This document shows, piece by piece, positions 35,704-45,328 of a stretch of 64,000 bases of DNA. This DNA comes from Hyaloraphidium curvatum SAG 235-1. Its lineage: Eukaryota; Fungi; Monoblepharomycota. The position numbers and the translations under genes are program-made. The DNA lies in assembly GCA_025558095.1 (NCBI GenBank), contig JAIVFI010000043.1:1-64000 (forward strand). Direction: 5' to 3'. Numbering within the stretch: the stretch's first letter is position 1; each line of letters begins with the position of its first letter. Under the pieces are notes generated by a model that was given only the letters and a program-made list of their open reading frames with translations, was not told the DNA's origin and did no database searches.

Positions 35704-36675
35704 CTAGGCGGCCGTCCTGTCCGGCTGCCCGCCCGGATCGCCCGCCCAGTAACCCTCGTAAGCCCCCTGCCCCCCTCCCTCCACCTCCGACGCCAGCACC
35801 GGCTTCCTCCCCCTCCGCCTGACCGGCACCCCCCTGCACGACTTTTCGTGCACCGCACGGTTGTCGCTCCGCTTGAACACCGCGCCGCAGCCGCCGCCCT
35901 TGCGGCAGGGATGGTTGCGCGCCTCGGAGTGCACGGTGGCGCCGTGGCGCGACAGCTGGGAGGAGGTGCGGAAGGCGGCGGGGCAGCGCGGGCACGCATG
36001 GGTGCGGGAGGAGGAGGAGCCGCGGCGGGGCGAGGAGTCGTCGTCGGAGGAGGCGGAGGAGGGCGAGGAGGGCGGCGAGCGGGGCTGCGGGGGCTCGGGG
36101 CGTGCCGGCGGGGGTGGCGCGGGCCGCGGCGCGGGATCGCGGGGGCGCTGGGTGCCGTACGCCGGGAGAGGCGGGTAGGCAGCGTGTGGCGCGGATGGAG
36201 GAGGTGCCTGGTAGGCATGGTACGGTGTGTAGGGTGCATTCGGGGCCCAGGGGGCGTAGGAAGGATACGGGGCCTGCTGCGGGAAACCGGGCAGCCGCGG
36301 CGCCGTGTAGCCGTAGCCCGGGAGGGGCGGGAAGCCGGGGTATGCCGGCAGCCCCACTTGCGGCGGTAGCTGGTGGATGTGCGGCGGGGGGGCGTTGGGG
36401 CGCGCGTGCCGCCACGCGAGCCCCGGGGTGGCCGGCTGCAGCCACCGCGGCGGCGAGGGCGAGCGGCGCGGCGGCCACGCGGCCGGCTGCGCGGGGCGTG
36501 TCAGCGAGCCGCTGCCGTCCGACACGGGCGACGGCAGCCCGCTGGGCGGCGCTGCGCCGGGGGCGGCCGGCCGGCCGCGGGGTGCGGCTGACGCGGCCGG
36601 CGGCGCGGGCGCGGGCGCGGGGGGGGCGTCGCCGCCCGCCGGCCCCGACCGGTTCAGCAGCGTCGCGATGTCCAT
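35704..36675 (-). CDS. C2H2 zinc-finger transcription factor
   Basis: MDIATLLN start; HACPRCPAAFRTSSQLSRHGATVH...HPCRKGGGCGAVFKRSDNRAVHEKSC. Confidence 0.85.
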   Translation of the reverse strand: MDIATLLNRSGPAGGDAPPAPAPAPPAASAAPRGRPAAPGAAPPSGLPSPVSDGSGSLTRPAQPAAWPPRRSPSPPRWLQPATPGLAWRHARPNAPPPHIHQLPPQVGLPAYPGFPPLPGYGYTAPRLPGFPQQAPYPSYAPWAPNAPYTPYHAYQAPPPSAPHAAYPPLPAYGTQRPRDPAPRPAPPPPARPEPPQPRSPPSSPSSASSDDDSSPRRGSSSSRTHACPRCPAAFRTSSQLSRHGATVHSEARNHPCRKGGGCGAVFKRSDNRAVHEKSCRGVPVRRRGRKPVLASEVEGGGQGAYEGYWAGDPGGQPDRTAA

Positions 36676-38191
36676 CGCCGCACAGGCTGCGTTCCCCTGG
36701 AACCCTTGTTGGGTCGGAGAAATGGGGATAATCGGGAGCAGAGTCGGGGCCCCCGCCAGCGGATCTCCGTCGGCCACGCCCACACAAACACGCCGCGGGC
36801 GACGCGCCCGGCTCGGGTCCCCAGAATAACTCCGGACCCAGCAAAGGGCTGCTTCCCGCGCGCCGGCCCGGCAGAGCGGCGCGGGGGTCTCCTTGCAAAC
36901 AGCGCAGCCAAGCGGAGTCCAGACCCCCCAATTGGTCCCTTGAGCCCGAAACGGAACGGTGCCACATGCAGGCCGAGCACTTTCCGATAGCAGCAGGTAG
37001 CCCTCGGGCCCGGCGTCGATTGTCATTCTCGACCGTCCCGGAGCGAGGGCGCCGCGTTCCGGCCCCGCCAGCAACGGAAACCCCCAATAACCTCCCAATG
37101 CTGTGCACCATCCGAGGCTGGAGGGGGCGGCCGACCCCGCTTCCCCGACACCCCTCGAACCGGATCCGCTGCGTCCTTTAGCAACAATTAGGCACCGAAT
37201 CTCTGCCTTTCAGTTTACTTGCTGCCGCGTCGCGCGACAAACGGCCGCCTCGAGTTTCGCGACCCGCCCGCCGAGGTCTCGACTCCAGACCAGCCAGTCC
37301 AGCCTCCGACGGTTCAACCTTTAGCGCTCCTGTCGGGCAGAGGCCGTGCTTCCACACCAGTCCCGGCGCACGAAGCAGTGCCCCGAGTCTATAGCTAATT
37401 GTCCCGGGAACCTCGTCTCCTTCGGGACGACAACCGCCCAGCAACGCCCGACCTCCCACATCCCGTCGGCACCCTTCCGGAGCCGCACCGCAAGCTCCCC
37501 TGCCTCCCCCGCAGCTCCCCGCGCACGCAACAGACACATCGCCCTCCATCCGCCCTTCTCCGCTCCACCGTTCGCACCACCGCCCTCGATCGTCCGCCCT
37601 CCGCCCGGCCGCAGCTTTACCCGCCTCCACCCCCTTCCCGCGCTTCTTCGGCCGCGCGGGATGCGCACGACCGGCGCCGAAACGCTCGCGTTAAGCTCCC
37701 CCGCACCCGTCAATCCGTCTCGCGGGCCTTCGGCGCCCGGTGCCGCGGCCCGGCCCCGCGAGGCACGGGCGGCGGGGTTTAATCGAGGCGCATGGCTTTC
37801 GCGGTCGCCGCCCCGCCCCGACCGCTCCCATTGCCGCGCGGGGGAAACGGACGGATGGGGGCGGCAGGGCTTCCGGGGTGCCCTCGCGTCCGGTTGTGCG
37901 CCGGTCGGAAGCCCGCGCGGCCGCGGAAGGAAGCCTCGCGGATCGGGAGTGGCTGCGCGGGCGGCGCGGGCTCGCGTCGGGGTCGGCCGCGTCGTGGTCC
38001 TCGCGCAAGGGGGGGGCGGGTGGATTAATACCGTTTCCGCCTGGGAAGACTGGATTTGGTCTTCGGAGAAGTGTTTCGGCTCGCCTTGGCTTTCTAGTTT
38101 GCGGATAAGTACTGCTTTCCGCCGAGCGCCGCTTTGCCGCGCGGCCCGCCGCGTCACTCCAGCCGGCTCGGGGCCGCCGGCCCGGCCGCCA

Positions 38192-40346
38192 TCACCTCGC
38201 GAGGATCGTTTTCATCGCCTCCCGGAGCTCCTCCCCCGCCGCGCCCTCCTCCCCCTCCGGCACCGCCCGCTTCCTCCACCCGACCATCTGGTCCGGCCGC
38301 ACCAGCACCGCCCCCGACTCCCCGATCCCGGAGACCGCCGCCCACTCCCCCAGGAAATCCGATGCCCCCTTCCCCGGCCCGACGACCACCAGCCGCACCT
38401 CCACCCCGAGCTCCTTCCCCACCTTTCCCGCCGCCGGACCCCACACGGCTTCCCCCCGCAGCCCGGTGAACACCGCGAACCCAGGCTTCCCAGCGCGCGT
38501 GCCGCACAGGTCGAGCGTGCTCACGCGCCTGCCCCGGGCGTCGAACAGCCACGCATGGGGCAGCCGGTGGCCGGGTACGGTGGTCGGGCGGTACTCCAGC
38601 TCGGCGTCGCCGACGGCCGGCGCGGAGTCGGCGTCGGGAGAGGCGTCGGGGACGACGGCGGAGGACGTGTAGCTCTGCGCGGCAAACAGAATCAGCGGTC
38701 CGCCTCCGGCCGGGCGCCCCGGGAAACCCACGTGGTTCATCTCCACCCCCAGCGCGTTGAACTCGTACTCCTTCCCCGCGATCCCGTCCCTCAGCGCCCT
38801 CCTGATCCCCTCCCCCGCCGCGGACCCCGAGCGGAACTCCCCCAGCGCGCGCTCCATGTCCTCGGGCCCGAAGCCCTCCCCGAACCCGAGGGCATCGAAG
38901 ATGGGCGCGAACTCGGTTATGCTCTTGTTGGCCCGCGCGACGATCTGCTTCCCCACGGGCGCCCGCTCGGCGTCGTACGAGTGCAGCAGGCCGCACCCGG
39001 CGGCGCCGCGGAGCACCAGCGCGAGCTTCCAGGCGAGGTTGTACGAATCCTGGATCGACGTGTTGCTCCCCAGCCCGTTGGACGGCGGGTGGCGGTGCAC
39101 CGCGTCGCCGGCGCAGAACACCAGGGGGTCCGGGAACGCCGCCGTGGGGAGGGGGACGTACCGCTCGGCGTGGCAGTCGTTGACGGTCCAGGTGGAGACG
39201 GACTTGATCCTGGCGTCGAGGTCGGGCACGCCGACGAGCTGCCGCACCACGGCGAGGGCTTCCTCGTCCGTGAAGGATCGGCCCTCGGGCGGGCAGCCCC
39301 AGATCACTGGATGGCGCGGAAGGCGTCAGCCGGGCGTGCCGCCGCCCGAGGGAGGGAGACCCACGGAGCCACTCGTTCCACGGCCTGACCATCCTTACCA
39401 ACCCCATCCCGATGCCCCCGTTCTTGGAATCCGCCCCCGGCTGGAGGATCCAGTACAGCACCGACGGCCTGTGGGCCACGTACCGCGACAGATCGCACTC
39501 GAAGATGACGTTGACGCTCCCCGCGACGCCCATCTTCCCCTTGAAGGGCAGCCCGGCGTCGCCGGCGACCTTGGACCTGCCTCCGTCGGCGCCGACGAGG
39601 AACCGCGCGCGGACGAGGGAGATCCCGGCGTCCGGGTCGGAGGGGTCCGCGGGGACGAGGCGGTTCCGCACGCGGGCGACGACGTGCGGGTGGGGGTAGT
39701 CCGGGGTGGGAAGGCGCTGCTCGTAGGAGAGATATTCGGTGTTGAACATGGGGATGGTGCCGCGGGTGCAGGCCTGGCCGAAGAGCTGGGGCGGAGGGCG
39801 GTCGGCACGCGGATCGGGAGCGGACCGCCGGCGAGCGACCCACGATGGGTTCCATCAGGTTCTGCGGCATGTCGCACGGCCTGCTCGGGCTGGCCATGGT
39901 GTAATCGGCCAGCCGGCGCGGGTGGGTGCCCCAGGCCATGATCCGGCCGAGCTCCTCGCCGGCGAGGGAGGTGGCGAAGATAGTGTTGCCCATGATGTCC
40001 TGCGGCGCCGCGTAGAGGTTGACCTCGTCCTCGACGCCAAAGTCGCGGAGGACCTCCATCGTGCGGCTGTTCGTGATCTGTGGGTCGCAAAGCGGGGGAG
40101 CTCGTTGGTGCCCTGGAGGTTCCAACGGGCGCGCTCGCGTTGACCCACGTGAGCCCTGGGTGTGTCCGCCAACCATCTGAAAGATTCCAGTTAGCACTTC
40201 GTCTCAAAGTTCCCACGATTGCCCCACCTGTACTTCGTGACGACGAGGTTCTTGACGCCGTAAGTCGACAGCGCCAGGGCCATGGCCGAACCGGCCGGGC
40301 CGCTCCCCACAATGAGCACGTCGGTGTCGATCGTCGGCGGCGCCAT
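38192..40346 (-). CDS. FAD-dependent phenol monooxygenase, 2,4-dichlorophenol 6-monooxygenase (TfdB)-like (multi-intron)
   Basis: DVLIVGSGPAG; TKYR|WLADTPRAH|ITNSRTMEV; GADGGRS; CAGDAVHRHPPSNGLGSNTSIQDSYNLAWKL; LVRPD. Confidence 0.93.
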
Positions 40347-40522
40347 CTTGTCCCCCGTCGGGTCGTGCTGCGCGGTGAGGCAAGGAGCGCGGTCGGCGCG
40401 TCCCGCGGGGGACACTTGCCACAACCTCCCGGCCTCGCAACTTGCCTTCACCGCCTCCACCGACCCGCCGCCGCTCACCCGGCTTTTTTCTCATTTCCCG
40501 CCGTGCTTCCCACCTTTTGGCG

Positions 40523-41560
40523 ATGGCGGCCCCGAACGGCACGCCGCTCACGCTCGCCACGATGACCGAGCACGTGCTCGCGGCCACCACGCAGGGCATC
40601 CCGCCCGGGCCCAACGCCGCACGCACAAAGGAGGTGCTCACCTCGCTCATCACGCACCTGCACGACTTTGCCCGCGAGACCAACCTGACCACGGAGGAAT
40701 GGGAGCTCGGCATCGACTTTTTGACGCGCGTGGGGCAGAAGTGCGACGACAAGCGGCAGGAGTTCATCCTGCTCTCGGACGTGCTGGGCATGTCCAGCGT
40801 CGTCGACGGGCTCAACAACCCCGTGCCGTCGCCGGAGCAGAAGATGCAGGCCACCGAGAGCACCGTGTTGGGGCCGTTCTGGTGGGAGCACTCGCCCGAG
40901 GTCGCGGCGGGGGGCAGCATCTCGGCCGGCGGGGAGGAGGAGGGCGAGCCGCTGCTCGTCCGCGGGCACGTGTACGACACCGACGGGAATCCTGTGGAGG
41001 CCATCCTGGACGTCTGGGAGACCGACGCGTGGGTTCGACGCGTCCGCTACCGCCGCTACTGTTCACTCGCCCTCCCCAAAACGCCAGACACGGCCAATAC
41101 GACGTGCAGTACTCCTCCCCCAACCCCAACCACCGCGGCCGCATCCGCTCCTCCCCCGCCGACGGCTCTTTCCTCTTCACCGCCATCCTCCCCATCACCT
41201 ACCCCATCCCGACCGACGGCCCCGTCGGGGAGCTGCTCCGCGCCACGGGGCGGCACCCGATGCGGCCGAGCCACATGCACTTCATGATCACGCCGGCTGG
41301 GAAGGGAGCGAGGAAGCTGGTGACGAGCATCTACGACGTGGGTCGCAGCAACCGTGGGCCGCAATCTGGGGCTGATCCCGCGTCGCCAATTCGCGCAGTC
41401 GAGGGATCCGCACGTGCTGAGCGACACCGTGTTCGGCGTCAAGTCGTCGCTCATCGCCACGTACCGCAAGCTCGCGGCGGACGACCCGGACGCGGCCAAG
41501 GTCGGGTTCAAGGGCGGGGAGTGGCTGCTGGAGTGGGACTTTGTGCTCGGGAAGAAGTAG
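40523..41560 (+). CDS. Intradiol ring-cleavage dioxygenase (hydroxyquinol/catechol 1,2-dioxygenase); 2 introns
   Basis: RQEFILLSDVLG; TESTVLGPF; GQYDVQ; PITYPIPTDGPVG; RPSHMHF (the Tyr/Tyr/His/His iron ligands); DTVFGVK. Confidence 0.95.
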
Positions 41561-41702
41561 CGGACGATGTCGACGGACTTTGTGCGTGGCACACGGCGTT
41601 CAACATCTCTGCGCCGGAACAATGTCTGTGGAGCCGAATCGCGGGGACCCAAGTCCCCCCCCCCTGACTCCACGCCCTTCGCCGACCCTTCTGCCCTCCT
41701 CG

Positions 41703-42770
41703 ATGGCCGTCGACTCGGGCGCCTCGAACGCCCTCGATGTCGCGGACCCGGCGCCCATCCTCGCTCTGCCGCCCGAGATGCTCGCCAAAGTGTTCAGCTG
41801 GCTGAGGGCGGACGGGAACCCCGCGCCGCTCGCTGTCTGCCGCACCGTCTCGAAGTACTTCTGCGAGGTCGCGTCGCCGGTGCTGGTCGAGTCGGTCAGG
41901 GTGCGGTGGAGCTCGCGCGCCGCGGGGCTGGCGCTGCCCGCATCGCGGTGGGCGGCGTCCGTGAAGAACCTGCGCCTGGAGAGCCTGGATGACTGCGACG
42001 GGTTTCTCCGGGCATTCCCGAACGTCAGGAAACTGCACATGGACCTGCACGTCTCCGCGTTGGAGGACCCGGCGGGCGCGCTGCTCGGCCTGGCCGGCCT
42101 CGAGGAGCTCGTGCTGTGCCTCGAAGAGGGCGGGGCAGAGTGCCTTTCGCGGCTCAGGTTCCCATCCTCGGTGGTCTCGCTGGCGCTGCACGACGTGTGG
42201 TTCGAGGGCCTGCCCGCGGACGCGCTGCCGGCCGTCGAGTCGGACTGCCCCTTCCTCCGCACGCTGGAGGTGAGCAGCAACGCGACGCACGGCATGGGGC
42301 GCTTCATGTCGCGGCTCGGGGCGGACCACCCCCGCCTGCTGGGGTGCCTGGCCGCGTTCGAGGGGCCGACCTCGGCCCTTGCCCGCGAGACCGCGCTGTC
42401 CCCGCTGTTCCGGCCGGGGGAGCTCGCCCTCTGGGCCCCGCTGTATCCGCCCCTGCCCGGCCATCCAGAGTGGTGGGCCGACGCCGCGGAGAGGTGGGAT
42501 GTCCGGTGCCTCCGGCTGTCGAACTTGTCGACGGGCGTGCTGCGGCGCGGGGTTCCCAGGACGGAGGCGCTGGAGGTGGACGTCACGGGCACCGGGACCC
42601 TCGGTATCGGGAAGACGGAGATCCCGAGGGTGGAGGCGATGCTGCGGGTCCGCGCAAGGAGGATTGAGGTGCCAGGGTTGGGGTCGTTGCTGGGGTACTT
42701 TGCCGAGGGCACGGACGAGGCGGAGGAGGTGCGCATGTGGGAGCGGCTGGCTGATCGGGGGCGTTCCTAG
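41703..42770 (+). CDS. F-box-like protein with a degenerate LRR-like region
   Basis: ILALPPEMLAKVFSWL...CRTVSKYF; FPNVRKLHM; LEELVL; LRTLEV. Confidence 0.7.
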   Translation: MAVDSGASNALDVADPAPILALPPEMLAKVFSWLRADGNPAPLAVCRTVSKYFCEVASPVLVESVRVRWSSRAAGLALPASRWAASVKNLRLESLDDCDGFLRAFPNVRKLHMDLHVSALEDPAGALLGLAGLEELVLCLEEGGAECLSRLRFPSSVVSLALHDVWFEGLPADALPAVESDCPFLRTLEVSSNATHGMGRFMSRLGADHPRLLGCLAAFEGPTSALARETALSPLFRPGELALWAPLYPPLPGHPEWWADAAERWDVRCLRLSNLSTGVLRRGVPRTEALEVDVTGTGTLGIGKTEIPRVEAMLRVRARRIEVPGLGSLLGYFAEGTDEAEEVRMWERLADRGRS

Positions 42771-42975
42771 CCTTCGCTTGAAGGCGACTGCCGGTCAGAT
42801 GTTAGTCTTTGACATGCATCCGTCGAATACGGTCGTGCCGAAGGAAGGGGGCGAAAAGGAGGGAATAGGGACAGGGACGTAGGGACCGCTTGGGAGGGAG
42901 CCTTTCCCCGACGCACACACGCGCACCACCGAGCTTCCGACCCTTCCGAGCGGCCACAACCGACGGCCGCGTGCC

Positions 42976-43662
42976 ATGCCGCCCCGCGCGGATCCCGCGG
43001 GCCCCGCCCCCTTCGCGGCCCCGCTCCCCGCCGTGCCCATCTTCATCACGATCCACCAGCACAGCTCGGGCGCCGACCCCCCGAAGTTCGTCGTCCACGC
43101 CACCAACGTCGACGCGCGCTTCGCCCAGCGCGCGTGGGACGAGGCGCACGGCGGCCGGCGCGACGACCTGATCGACGGCGTGCTGGCCGAATCCGAGCCG
43201 CGCTGGCGCTCCGCGGGGTCGCTGCCGCGGTTCCTGTGCCACGGCTGCGGGGAGCGCTGCAAGGGCCGCGCGATGGTGACCGCCGCCGCGCCCGGGCCTC
43301 AGTGGACCGCGTGGGTGTGGCCGTGCTGCGGCTCGCGGGGGTGCACGGCGGCCGTGGAGCGGGCGTCGGGGGAGCGGATGAAGATATTGGACGCGAACAC
43401 GGGGGATCTGGACCTCATGGTCGAATTCGGGGAGGGCCGGGACGGGCGCTTGGAGATATGCCTGGGGTGCGGGAGCTTCCCCAGGGAGAAGATGAGCAAG
43501 TGCGCCAGGTGCAAGGCGACGCCGTACTGCGGGCCCGCGTGCCAGAAGATGGACTGGCCCCGGCACAAGCTGACCTGCGTACCGGCTGCGGCGGCGAGCG
43601 AGGAGTCGTCATCTGACTCTGTCACTTCGGTCGGCAAGTCTGCGAGCGATGGAGCTCCCTAG
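42976..43662 (+). CDS. MYND zinc-finger protein
   Basis: CLGC...CARCKATPYCGPACQKMDWPRHKLTC; extra CHGC/CCGSRGC cysteines. Confidence 0.88.
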   Translation: MPPRADPAGPAPFAAPLPAVPIFITIHQHSSGADPPKFVVHATNVDARFAQRAWDEAHGGRRDDLIDGVLAESEPRWRSAGSLPRFLCHGCGERCKGRAMVTAAAPGPQWTAWVWPCCGSRGCTAAVERASGERMKILDANTGDLDLMVEFGEGRDGRLEICLGCGSFPREKMSKCARCKATPYCGPACQKMDWPRHKLTCVPAAAASEESSSDSVTSVGKSASDGAP

Positions 43663-43849
43663 ACCGGGCGGGCACAAAGATGCAACGGTGTAGCGGCCTG
43701 CAATTGACCGATCAAGTACTCTGCTGCAAGCTCCGCTCGTGGAGGCGGTGCTGCGCGGCCTGTGGGCACAGTTCGGGTGGAGGCGTAGGGCCCTCCGCCC
43801 GCCGAGAAGTCAACGGGCTTCGATCGAGGTACAGCGCCCCCCCACGGAC

Positions 43850-44005
43850 CCGCTGTGCAATCCGGGCGGACTTCCGGGCTTCCGAAGGGGCCGGCGAAAC
43901 GGCCTCATGGCGGTTCCGGGTGATCCAGGCCGGACCGGGACGCAGTGCTGCTGCGCCGCCCCTCCGAAGCGTCCCTGGACGCGCTGGACCCTACATAAGC
44001 TGCAC
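43850..44005 (+). promoter_or_regulatory. Conserved upstream region of WW copy 1 with a TATA-like TACATAA (43992-43998)
   Basis: Blocks shared with 54598-54750. Confidence 0.55.
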
Positions 44006-44062
44006 CCTTTGCCCCCGTTCCCCATCGTCAGCAGAGCACTTCACCCCGCGAAACCGGCCAAC

Positions 44063-44656
44063 ATGCACGAGCAGACGTCCGCCGAAGCGCCCCTCCCCGC
44101 GGGCTGGATCGCGCAGTCCGACCCGGCATCTGGCAGAACGTTCTTCGTCGACACTGCGAGGAACCCGGCCTACACCACCTGGGACGACCCCAGGGCGCCG
44201 CCCGCCCCCGCGCCCCCCGCATATGCACTGACGGGCACGGCGGCGATGGGCGCAGCGATACTGGGGGCCGCGGTGGTCGTCGGCCACCCGGCGCACGGCG
44301 GGCACTCCTCCCACGGAGGGCACGGCTCCCACGGGCACTCCTCGCACGTCCACGGGCACTCGCACGGCCACGGAGGGCACGGACACGGTCATGGTGGGCA
44401 CGGCTCGCACGGGGGCCATGGGGGCCACGGTGGCCATGGGGGGCACGGGTACTCGTCCCATGGGCACAGCGGCCATGGCGGCCACGGGGGCCACGGAAGC
44501 CACGGGGGACACGGTGGACACAATGGAGGACACGGAGGTCACGGTGGAGGCCACGGAGGTTACGGTGGAGGCCACGAAGGCCACGGAGGCGGCCACGGCT
44601 TCTCGCTCTTCGGCTTCGGCCACGGCGGGGGCCACGGCGGCGGTCACGGATGGTGA
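44063..44656 (+). CDS. WW-domain protein with PPxY, a glycine-zipper-like segment and a His/Gly-rich tail (Wwm1-like architecture), copy 1
   Basis: PLPAGWIAQSDPASGRTFFVDTARNPAYTTWDDPR; PPAY; (GGH)n. Confidence 0.88.
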   Translation: MHEQTSAEAPLPAGWIAQSDPASGRTFFVDTARNPAYTTWDDPRAPPAPAPPAYALTGTAAMGAAILGAAVVVGHPAHGGHSSHGGHGSHGHSSHVHGHSHGHGGHGHGHGGHGSHGGHGGHGGHGGHGYSSHGHSGHGGHGGHGSHGGHGGHNGGHGGHGGGHGGYGGGHEGHGGGHGFSLFGFGHGGGHGGGHGW

Positions 44657-45328
44657 TCTTCCGCGGCGAAAGCACGAACGTCGTCGAAACCCACAACTGT
44701 AGTCGTTGAATGGATGAACAGTCGTACATGTGCCGCGGATCCAATTCCATCCAAGCCATCAACCCTATGCAGGGCACGCCAGGTCCAAAGCCACTCCTGA
44801 CACCACCACCGCTAGCTCGTGTTCCGCTGCAAGGGCGAGGTAACGCGTCCGGGTAAGCCTGTCGATGGCACCATGATGTGGTCTATGCGATGGAGACTTG
44901 GGGGAGGAATCGGGCTCGCCGCGAGTTGTCGTTCACAACCGGGCAAGCGCCCTGGGCATGGACGGCACGTGGGGAAGCCCATCGGAGTGAACAGAAGTCC
45001 GGACGATACGAGGCATCATCATTGAATCGGCAAGTTAAGTTCGCTGCAGGTGTGTGATTGACGGAAGGCATGCTCTTGTAGTGCAACGCTGGCGGAGCGA
45101 TAAACTAGGCAGCCAACCAGACCAAACCGGAACTGCCAGGGTTTCGTTCTCATCATGCAGATTTCCACAAAAGCTGAGCTGGCTACCACGTCGATGATTG
45201 CCGCCGCCGCGACATGTATTCACCAGTCTCGCGGGTATCGTGGGCCCTCCATATGTATCGCGGGTCTTGGCCTCGCGCTGGAACGGGCTCCATGCAGGTG
45301 CTCCGGCCATCGCCGCACGCGCACCGCG

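Noticed and set aside
44290-44650. Short tandem repeats resembling a CRISPR array or satellite
   Set aside because: They are GGH codon repeats inside a CDS; there is no repeat-spacer structure.
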